64,000 nt of DNA from Lytechinus pictus (lineage: Eukaryota). The stretch lies in assembly GCF_037042905.1 (NCBI RefSeq), contig NC_087248.1, forward strand, positions 4,092,001 to 4,156,000, in the 5' to 3' direction. Below, one piece after another: positions 38,101-48,306 of this stretch. Each line of letters opens with the position of its first letter. The stretch's first letter is position 1. The position numbers and the translations under genes were made by a program. Under the pieces are notes generated by a model. The model was given only the letters and a program-made list of their open reading frames with translations, was not told the origin of the DNA and ran no database searches.

Positions 38101-39816
38101 TATATCCGGATTTTTTTTACCAAAGTACTCAAGGTAAACGTACTAAGATCAAGTATTATTTTGCTTTCAAAACAACCATACCAGATATGGGCCAAATACT
38201 AAAATATCCAGTAGTCGGAGAAAGACCTCCCAATCTCATTCTCATTGGAAATAGTTTTTTTTCTGTCCCGGAAGTTTTTTTTTCCTTGGTAAATAGTTGG
38301 CTGCTATGATGATAATGATGATGATCTGCAGCATTAACATTTCTGTTAAAATGCATTCATATGCGAATAGTTGATCGAATCAAGTTTATTTCTACACATT
38401 TGCTGAATGAAGTGAGTTTTGAGGCATGATTAGGCATAGAGCTAATAAAGCACATATATAATATTATCAATTAAAACATTTTTCTCTAAGCCGATAGAGA
38501 CAATCTATGAAATAAGTCCCGACCACAAAAAATAAGTGCTAAGACAGACCAGTTACTAAGTATACTAAGTACCCGACCACAAAAAATAAGTACTAAGACA
38601 GACCAGTTAAGACTGTGCCGATAGAAACAATATCACAACCTGTATTATTTATTCATGATTTATGTTATTTCAATCGCATATATCCTGCACACTATTATTG
38701 GGTTAAATAGTTGTAAAAATGTGCATGTGTCAACTATCTGTTCAAAGGAAATCACAACAGCAGAACAAGAATTGTGTATACTCAGGATAATGAATAATAA
38801 GAGAAAGTTATTTCCCCCATCATGAACGATCATATTTACTCATTTAATCTTTATGATTTTTTTTTTTTCTATTTCTTCAGAAGCTATTGGTTGGCGGGAA
38901 TTCGAAAAACATTTCGATTATCCGTTGGCTGTCTGTGCTGTTATTTCTTGACAAGTGTGCCGTGGCAATCCCCGTAAACACAGAACATTCACCCGTAACA
39001 CTTACTGCTGGTTCAAATGGGATCGTTCCTTTTGCTTGCAGAAAAACAGATCCATTCGCAGCCAAATACTACAGTCTTCAGCTGGAAGGGAAAGATATGC
39101 CATTTTACGTGGATGGAGATTTTTTCTCGGATGGGCTGATGTCAACAGATCAGGTCGAAAGATTCAACGTGGAATTTGTTGAAAATGATCAAGAAATGTC
39201 AATAGAAATTAATATTGCGCAGGTTTCCGTTGAAGACCAGGGGACATACATTGCTATACTCATTGTCAAGGGGGATACGACGGAGTCTCATGTCATGAAA
39301 AGAGCTGTCATGATAGTAATTCCGCCAGGCCCAGCGATCTGTTTCTTAATGCCAAGTGAAATTTATCCTGATAGACATGAGATACACTGTCACTCTGAAC
39401 GTGGAAGTGGCAACTCGACACTCACTTGCTTTCAGGAAAAGGACAAGATACCATATTTTCAGATTGGGAAAGATCAGAGTGATTCGCAGGTGGTTTACAG
39501 ACGGCGATTCTGGATCCTGAATATAAATGTCACAGTGTATTGTTGTTCTCATGATATTAAAGAAATTGAGAATATTAAGCAAAAGTCATGTAACCAATTC
39601 ATATTCCCCCCAGGACCGGAACCAGAACCAGAGATCAGTACAACCTTTAAGCCTTACACACCGACTGAAATTGCACCAATTACAAAACCTTTTTACATGG
39701 AAGAAAATAACAATCCTTCCTCTGAAGTTTATTCTATTTCTGGAAGTGATCGAAATATTGACAAGTCCTCTTTAATCATATCTCTAATGTTTTCAATCAT
39801 TTACCTTATCATGTAG
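29121..39816 (+). CDS. Paralogue A: multi-exon N-terminal module + internal signal-like segment + V-type Ig domain + 6-Cys domain + GPI-signal-like C-terminus, about 507 aa
   Basis: join(29121-29174,29794-29901,30698-30742,34448-34552,35453-35524,36243-36311,36515-36580,37347-37415,38881-39816), optional extra exon 38047-38133. All AG/GT flanked, all lengths multiples of 3, stop-free, phase 0 and in frame with ORF 38887-39816. Homologous to paralogue B in the first four exons and the last. Probable non-coding first exon ends at the donor at 27531. Confidence 0.8.
31550..32920. mobile_element. Tc1/mariner-like non-autonomous element with long inverted arms
   Basis: TA|CAGTTTGTATAAAAAAAACGG ... 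CCGTTTTTTTTATACGCACTG|TA; arms remain inverted homologues for about 300 bp (e.g. GAACACGGGACGTTTTTGTTGGGGGTTCAAA vs TTTGAACCCCCAACAAAAACGTCCCGTGTTC). Confidence 0.85.
34796..35013 (-). mobile_element. tRNA-derived SINE (second family)
   Basis: Minus strand GGAGGCGTGATAGCTCAGTCGGTAGAGC (A-box), GGTTTCGATTCCC (B-box), then about 140 bp of non-tRNA body and a (CAAT)n tail. Confidence 0.85.
35668..35733 (+). pseudogene. Duplicated exon with GA in place of the GT donor (probable pseudo-exon of paralogue A)
   Basis: DEENDTNDLNAFLMLNEPNDLE is homologous, including flanks, to exon 36243-36311 (DEENVEENIFIAFPVLSGPCDLE); donor reads GAG|GAAAACAGAC versus GAG|GTAAACAGAC. Confidence 0.6.
38518..38609. 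repeat. 38-bp direct repeat, two copies
   Basis: CCCGACCACAAAAAATAAGTRCTAAGACAGACCAGTTA at 38518 and 38572. Confidence 0.85.
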
Positions 39817-40339
39817 TAATTTCTATTCATAACTTACTGTAAGTTTCTTGCTAAGACACTAAATTTCATTTCTAGAGATTGAACAGAATTTCTCTTCGTT
39901 TCAATCACAGGTGTAAATTGAATAAAAGTATAAATCAAACATAATTACACATCAAGAACAGATCAAATTATAAGAATTGTACAATAGCATATTTTTATGA
40001 TCACAAAAGCTTCTACAGAACAATGTCACCTCACCTGAGGGAACTTACTTATCTGAAGCAGAGCTCAGCCCCATGTTTGTAGAAGATTTTCCTGCGATTC
40101 GGTATTTATAATTAATTATGTTTTCATTTATGGAAAAGAGAAAAAACAGTATAGTTTTATATTCTACATTAGTGTTGTTTCTATCTCAAGTGATCAAGGG
40201 GCAATATTCCGTTGCTAACATATCAAATTTAGAAGCAAATACCATTTTTCTGAGAGTTCAAAAACCCTCATTCTTGTTCTTAAAAACGGTGTGCTTCTGA
40301 GAGTTTAGGGAAACTGATCTGAAAATCACGGTTTCAATT

Positions 40340-40577
40340 CACAGCAAAAACTGTGGTGTTAACCGGTGTACATAGAGGACCACACCAGTTATTTTACACC
40401 GGTGTTAAATTGGTGGTGTTAGATTTACACCTGTAGGTGTTATGACAACACCTATGGTTGTTACATTTACACTCTTTGGTGTTATGTTCAATCTCTAGGG
40501 TGTTATTTTAACACCTCAGGGTGTGGTCCTCTATTAACACCAATTGGTGTCAGTTTTAACACCACAGTTTTACAGTG
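40340..40577. mobile_element. MITE with CAC..GTG termini and GGTGTT/AACACC subrepeats
   Basis: CACAGCAAAAACTGTGGTGTTAA ... TTAACACCACAGTTTTACAGTG inverted ends. Confidence 0.7.
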
Positions 40578-41698
40578 AAACATGGCGTATGCAATATTTT
40601 TTCCTAACATTAGAAACTAGTTCAACCTGGCCTTATTATAGAATAACTCATGTAAATGGAGTGGCGTGTATGGGTAACATATACTTATTCATGTATTTTG
40701 TATAGCTGAAATCATGTGTAAAAGAAAATACGGATACTTTTATTTTCAAGGAAAGTGGTCCCTTTGCATATCCGATTGGCGATTCCTTGCCTTGTCTCAC
40801 GGGACATTTTTAAAATATCTTAGATCTTTTTTATATTAAATTAAAAGATTAATTTCCTGATTGATGGTGATCCTCAAAAAAGTACCAGAAGGAGAACAAG
40901 AACCAAGACTTGACTGGAATACTCATGCCAAAATAGTACCGTGCTGTACTGAACACGAACATAAAATAAAAAAGCCAAGAGATAAAGAATACAACAAGGC
41001 ATGAAGTCGACCATCTGTTGACCTTGAATATGGTCCGTGCTTTATCATGTTTATGTACTCGAAATATCTGTTCTTAATATTTTGTCTAGAAATCTTTTAA
41101 TTGGTTTATTATAGATGATGTAAAGGTGGCATCATTGATTGAATATTTTTTATAAATTACATAATTAAAGTCAACAGTTTTGCCTTGCAGATTCTGAGTT
41201 CATTGTTCTAAAAATAGTAATTCAATCTTCTTCGATAACATGTACATGCAATTATGTCAATGCAAAATTTATGCATGAATTTGTTTTATCGGTTATATTT
41301 TCTTATAGTATTCTTCTGTTGTATTTTAATGTTATATAAGTTTCCTTAATGTTGATACTTCGATCCTTTGATCTCAATCACTTTACACATTAAGATACAT
41401 AATATTCATAAAGAGCTTCAAAACAGTATTCAGTCGGTTTTCATTAAAAACGGCACTTCAGGAAAGATGCTGTCGTTCTCTGTACATGTACATGATTGAA
41501 TATTGTTAATTGTTGTAAAATTCTAATTTCATATATTATATTTGTTAGAATTTCAGGCATGTAGAAAGTCTTTGATTTGATAATATGTCCAGTTCATGAT
41601 ATCATGGTCATCGATAAATTTGCAACTATTCCAAACAATTATTTATCTTTTCAAATATCACGTTCCTCTGTGCAAAAGTTGTTTCTTCTACCCTCTTA

Positions 41699-41855
41699 CA
41701 GGGGCCGCGGAACGGTTTTCAAAGTGGGGGGGGGGGGGCTGACCATGCTAAAAATCACAATCGTATGGTCATTTTTTAGTTTTTGTACACGGTTTTGGAA
41801 AAAAGTGGGGGGGGGATGCTGAAGCCCCCCAGCCCCCCCGGTTCCGCGGCCCCTG
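41699..41855. mobile_element. Short MITE (CAGGGG-CGCGGAAC family)
   Basis: Perfect TIR CAGGGGCCGCGGAAC / GTTCCGCGGCCCCTG; TCTTA on both flanks. Confidence 0.75.
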
Positions 41856-42129
41856 TCTTACATGTCTTCATTTTTAATATATTATAATATAGCCATATCT
41901 CTTTGATTTCACTTTATTACAATGCTTTGATGTAAGAACTGTAAACTCGGGTATAAAATACAAAATTTGCTTGCTTTACTTTCTATAGTGTCTCCATCTT
42001 GAATGTATAATATATAGCCATGTCTCTTTAATTTCACATTATTACAATGCTTGTTATATAATATCTGTAACTCCATTTATATCCAGGTATACAATACAAA
42101 GAAGAAGTGTTTGTAATTTTGCGTGATGA

Positions 42130-42130
42130 T

Positions 42131-42161
<31 letters not shown>

Positions 42162-42236
42162 CGCGCGCGCGCGTGGGAGAGGACATTGGGGTGCAAGAGC
42201 TAGAGCTAGAGAGAGAGAGAGAGAGAGAGAGAGAGC
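42130..42236. repeat. Compound microsatellite (GT)n(GC)n ... (GA)n
   Basis: Directly visible dinucleotide tracts. Confidence 0.9.
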
Positions 42237-42925
42237 AGGGGGATGAAAGTTGGTTTTAAGAGGATTAAGCGACCAAGTTTGAAAACCCCATCCTATGTTT
42301 ACAGAACAATTACCAGTGGCAGTCAAACTGTAAAGAAAATTCATATACGATTTTCATGATTGCATTATAATCATTAAACACTTGGCAATGATTCGGGGTG
42401 TCTTTTCACGCACGTATAATACACATTGACAAAAAAATACTCGACTTAAATTTTGAAGAGAATCCTGACAATGGAAATGTGGAAATTATTCACTTGGGGC
42501 ATACCAATTTTCAGAGGACCTTATCAGCAATGTAAAGGGTCACTAAAACTGACATTTATATCAGGACATATTTTTATTATTTTCAAATTCATTGTATCTA
42601 CAAAAATATTTGAATTTACTGCTCACTAATTGGAAATTTGTGTACACATTGTGCAAATGGCCAAGGAGGCCGAAGTGAATGGAATGGTCAAAATTCTTTC
42701 TAAAATATAGTGTTACAGCCGCTTTGTACATGTTGCAATGATAATACAAAATAAATAATAATGATAACGGCATATTCACCTAGTTTAGCCACTTCAGTTC
42801 GAAAAACTGTTCTCCCAGCGGCCCCTGCTATTATTATTAGCCCGGCTTTAATAAAGCACCTTTGAGCCGAGTTTGGATGCCTTGTCCAAACTGATAACAG
42901 TTCTTAGCATACATTAAACTGTTAA

Positions 42926-43514
42926 AGGCCAAATCCACCACAGGAAAAAGTTGATTTGAATAAATAAAAAGAAATCAAACTAGCATAACGCCGAAAATTT
43001 CATCAAAATCGGATGTAAAATAAGAAAGTTATGAAATTTTAAACTTTCGCTTATTTAAAAAAAAACAGTGATACGCACAACTCAATGACATGCAAATAAG
43101 ACAGTCGATGATGTACCTCACTCACTATTTCTTTTACTTTTAATTATTTGCATTATACAATATTTCATTTTTCACAAATTTGACAATATGGACCAACTTG
43201 ACTGAACCATCATAGTATTAAACAATGCTAATTCCACATGTTCAGGGAGGAATTATTGTTGTTTCAATTGACAATGAGGAGAAAATTAGAATACATCATA
43301 TTTCATATAATAAAATACAAAAGAAATAGTGAGTAGATGATGTCATCATTAACGACCAGGATGTGCATATAACTATTTTGTGAAATTAAGCGAAAATATA
43401 AAATGTCATACCTTTTTTATTTCACATCCGATTTTGATGAAATTTTCAGTGTTATGTTTGTTGGATTTTTCTGTTTTTATTCAAATAAAATTTTTGTTGG
43501 GGTGGACTTGTCCT
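42926..43514. mobile_element. Kolobok-like non-autonomous DNA transposon (589 bp)
   Basis: TTAA|AGGCCAAATCCACC ... GGTGGACTTGTCCT|TTAA; subterminal inverted arms (AAAATTTCATCAAAATCGGATG / CATCCGATTTTGATGAAATTTT). Confidence 0.85.
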
Positions 43515-45590
43515 TTAAATGATATAATTGTTAACTGTGGGCACAAAGTGACCAAAATGGCACACGTTTCTACAAACAGCTGCTATTACTAAAGTATTAG
43601 GAATTAGCACAAATTTTGCAGTAAACGGGTAGATTAGCATTTGCCCATAAAAACGACAGTATTATACGTACTATTTCCATGCTGATCAATATAAAGTTGA
43701 ACCTTAATGATCAAGTTGGTCCAAAGGACAAAAATGGACAAAATAGTTTCGTTCAATTTAACTCAATCCATTGTATTTAATAACTAATACCCATTGGTTG
43801 TGGGAGAGATAACTCAAATAGCATGTACTGAACATTTGAACCTTTAAAAAAAAATGAATTATGGCATTACTCATTTTTATGTTTTAAAAAGACAAAAGTA
43901 AATATACATGCTCACCAATTTGCAGGTTTAATATTTGGAACCAACTACATTATTTCAATTATAGACTAATAAGACTCACGATGGGTTGTGAGCAATGCTT
44001 ATTTGGTCTGTTAGCATGCCCTGGGAAGCGAGGGTGCTACGTGTATTATTCATCATAGGCAATAACCCCTGGAAATCAGGCAGGTCCATGCTGAAAAGTA
44101 GTAATCTAACCAAAATCACCTTTATCTTTTAGAGAAAATTCTTCTTTTTTGTTTGCTTGTCAAACTTTCCTGACTCAAAGCCGGTTCATTTTGGATTGAA
44201 AGTCTTTTGGGGGGCTTGTGAAATTGTTCTTACAACTCAGCACCCCCTATTAAAAAGTCATTCACAGGCCAGCCTGTTGGCATGATGAAGAACAAATGAG
44301 ATTAGGAACCAACGCGCATTTTATGGTAACTTCAGTTTCCCAAACACATCGTAATTCAAGTAAACGTTTATTTTCTTCCACATGACATTTCATCAATTTT
44401 TCATACATATCAATTATACAAATCATTTATATACTACTAAACAATTAGCATGAATAGAGTATTTAAATTATGTACGTAGAAGCAAGTGTAAAACCCAGTA
44501 ACCGGAGGCATATGTTTGTCGGGATACGCCTATGGGCCTATTGACCATTCGGAATACGCATGTAATAATCATTCTGATCAACACTTTTCTAATATGTGAG
44601 ATACCAGATATTGAAAATTGTCATTTTGGGCCAACATGACCAACAAATGGCCAAAATGATCACTGAGATCGTGCTTGGGTCAATAAATAAAACTTTTTAT
44701 TCCCTTCCCCAACACCCTTTTGCATAACATGATTGATCCTTCCATTTCGCAGGCAGGGTGAAACATGATTGTGTGTGTGTGTGTGTGAGGGTGTTGGAAA
44801 AAGTGTGTGTGTGTGTGTGTGTAAAATGACCTTTTTAAAAAGTCTCAGTGTGTGCGCGCGTGTGGGTACGTGAAATTGAATCTTGTCAGACGTTTACTAC
44901 CGATTATTCACGTCTGGATCGAACTTAAACGCCACCATCCGATAGGCATGACCAGGGCTAGGACCTAGAACCTCTGCATCAAATTCCAAGCTGATTAATC
45001 TCTCCAAGCTTTTCCCTGAAAAAATAATAATAGTAATACAAAATGGTTGTGTCTTTGTTAAAGCACACACCGTCCACAGACACTCATGGCGCTACACCAG
45101 CAACGGATCCTTTGAATATTATATAATAGTACAAATGTAAACGAATTCAACTTACAGATCTAAAATTACCACAAATACAACGCGGTAGAAAATGCAAAAA
45201 ATGTATATATACAGTTTTGCGTCACCCGCTCGCACTCGCTCACACACAGACTTTTGAAAAGGTTAATGCCCCCCCCCCCCAAAAAAAAAAAAAAAAAAAA
45301 AAAAAAAAGATAACAATGATTTTTAACCCTGCCTGTAAAATTGAAAGATCTATCATAAATGCGAAAAAGTGATAAATTTTAGCAGTCCATATAAAAGTTC
45401 CCTCTTTCCTCGGTGAACTATAAATACAGTCAGAAATCATATTAACACATTGCAATTTGTAACTGAGCCCCTCCCTCCACCCAGGTCGTAAATCACTTTC
45501 ATACGTTATTTCGTCGCGCACGTACATCAACAACAACGATTTTGAATTTTGAACTGTTATACAAATATACGTGACATTATATTTACTGAA

Positions 45591-45671
45591 TCATTCCTGG
45601 CAGATTCGTCGTGTTCGTGTTGCATTTCTAAGCCATTCTCCTAGCTACCAGCATTCGCTACGGTGTAAAAG
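45591..45671 (+). other. Probable non-coding first exon of the IAP gene
   Basis: Inr-like TCATTC at 45591, about 30 bp after TATACAAATA; strong donor AAG|GTAAGT at 45672; matching acceptor TACAG ending 48174 lies upstream of the ATG. Confidence 0.5.
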
Positions 45672-46207
45672 GTAAGTTTTATTTTGAAACAATGCTTTTG
45701 GAAATGAAATTGATGATTCTACCTTTACCATATATGTCGATGCTTAATGCATAGAATAAGCAAATGTAATTTTTGCCGTCGCGTCGTTTTAGACCCTTTT
45801 TTATTAGAACAACTATGATTCAGCTCATATAAATGGTCTACGGCATTAACAAATAACAAAATTTCCTTTTGAAAGTGTACAACTCAACCAAGGTATGTGT
45901 TGATTCCTCATGGAAAATGTAAAATCGTCATCATAGCTATCTATGATTTCTACTTATTAAGATCTTGAAAAGATGAAATATCAAATAATTGAAAACATAA
46001 GAAGAAGTGAACTTTCGAAGTTGTGAAGTTCACCATTTGCCTGCAGGCTGTGAAAATGAAAGATGAAATTTCTAAGAACTTAAATAACCTCTTATTTGCC
46101 ATCGGATTTCAAGACGTTTTCAACACTATGCTTGTCGGGTTGTTTATATGATATTTGTTCAAATCAACATCCTGATAGGGTTCTCTCAGGGAGGAAATGC
46201 CTATATA

Positions 46208-46528
46208 CACTGTTAGAAAACAGAAGGTTTTACAAAAGAAAAACATATTTAAAAAACCCCAGATATTACAGAAAGAAAAACCAAATCAATCTGTAAATTG
46301 TTTTAACGGGAAATATTTTCTACAATTTTTGTACAAACAGGTCTCTTTAAAAACAGTGGGAAACATTTTTATTACAATAAAATTTGTAAGGTTACATACA
46401 TCAAATACCAATTTTCTGTAATCTTGCCCAAATGCGTGGTAGATTACACAGTACAGTAAGATTGCAGGTGTTCTCGAGACACTGCTGCAGGAATTTTAGT
46501 TCTGTTAAGTAGAAATTTTCTAACAGTG
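46208..46528. mobile_element. MITE, TA-flanked, CACTGTTAGAAAA TIR
   Basis: TA|CACTGTTAGAAAA ... TTTTCTAACAGTG|TA, perfect 13-bp TIR. Confidence 0.8.
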
Positions 46529-48306
46529 TACTCTCCTGCCCATAACGCAAAGTTTTTTTGTTTTTTTTTGGGGGGGGGGGGGAATTACAGAGAAACAAAA
46601 TGATAACTTTGATTGTTATTATAAAAGGATATTGTATCGGATATTCGGAATTGAATGTCTGATCTACTTTGAAAAGATCGTTTCGGAAATAAAGAGGTTT
46701 GGATGCAAAATAGGTGGTGTGGAAAGAGAGAGGGGGGGGGGAGCGAGGGGAGAGAGTGAAAGCGATAAAAAAATAGAGGGAGGAAAGGGAGAGTGAAACG
46801 ACAACAAAAGAGTGCGACTCGCATGTAACTCCAATAGCTCAGTTTAGTCTTGAAATATACTTCTGTTTGTTTTGATACTTGACCATAAATTACCTTCATC
46901 ATGATTTTAATCTGTCATCAGATAAACGAAGTTAAACATTGATAGAATATGTAATCACAATCAAATTATGTTTATTGAATTAGCCGTCAATAATTATCTT
47001 CTTCTACTATGACCCATGCAATGATTGCTCCTATAAAATCAATGTAAATATGATAATACACTACTTTCAAGAATCACAAGGTTCAGATTGATATCTCACA
47101 CCATTTCGAAATACTGAATCGAAAAATCCCTAAGCACTAAATATGGGAGCCGCAAACATGATGTAACCGGGCGTGAAAATGACGAAAAGAGCATGTAGTT
47201 ATCGTCGCCTACTACTTTGCCTAACTTAATCTTAACTTATTTTGTTGGCGTTACTTGAGAGGAACATTTTCTAATTTGTACCCTCGTCTTATGTTTGGCC
47301 AGTTTAAAAAATAATGTCATATTCTTTATTCAGGCCAACGCAATTACTCTCCATAAAAAAGAAAATGGTAAAAATTGTACCAGAATGTTAACCATAATTC
47401 ATTATGGTTCATACTGTCACGATTTGAACCACGATTCAAACGTCTTTCTTAATCGTGATGTAATCGTTATGATCTTATCAGATCGTAACAGATCATATCA
47501 GATCAGTCGTGGCAATCGTATTGAAAGTAGAATACTTTTCAACAGTTAAAAAATCGCGATCTGTTACGACAGTGGGAACGAGGAATTATCAAGTTGACGT
47601 ACGATCATGACGGTAGTGGCAGAGGGAATAACTTGCGGTTATTAGCTTGGAGTTCCCACCCCTTTCCAAATAAAAACAGTGCTTGGGAGGAGATCAGTGG
47701 GTGGATAATGGAGTAATTATGTCACTCCAAAGAAAATTCAGGTTATTTTTTATCATATGCAAATTCATTTTTCTTCTTTAATGGAAGAAGCGTGCTCACC
47801 TGAAATTCAAATTATTGATTTTTTAAAATAAAATCTTATGCAACAGGTCAAAGGTGAAGTAAACTTTAATAACATCTCTATATAGACTTCGTAAAGACTT
47901 GATAACTTATACATGTACATGTATGCTCTAAATACCCATAATAATACTATGATGAGGCAATGACCCTATAGACACAAACAAGAAGAAAATATCAACAACA
48001 ATTCAACAAACATTCTCAAAGCAAAATACTGTGACTTTTGCGAGGCTAGCTCTTCGTCATGTTGAAATGAATACCCAAGTTTACATATTAAACTGATCAT
48101 CTTTCGTGCCTCATGTGTTGCATACATATTAAATGTTCGATTTCTCTTCTCATTTATCCGTCTAATATCTACAGGTACAAGAGTGTCTCAAAATGCTAAA
48201 TCTAAGATATAAACATATCATGTGCAACTAGCTTTCGAAAACGCCGAACTTACTCTTTTGAGATCAACGAGTTCATCTAAAAAGAAGCATTATATACTAG
48301 GAGAAT

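Noticed and set aside
38518-38609. CRISPR-like repeat-spacer-repeat
   Set aside because: Only two copies, a 16-bp spacer, eukaryotic intron context and no cas genes.
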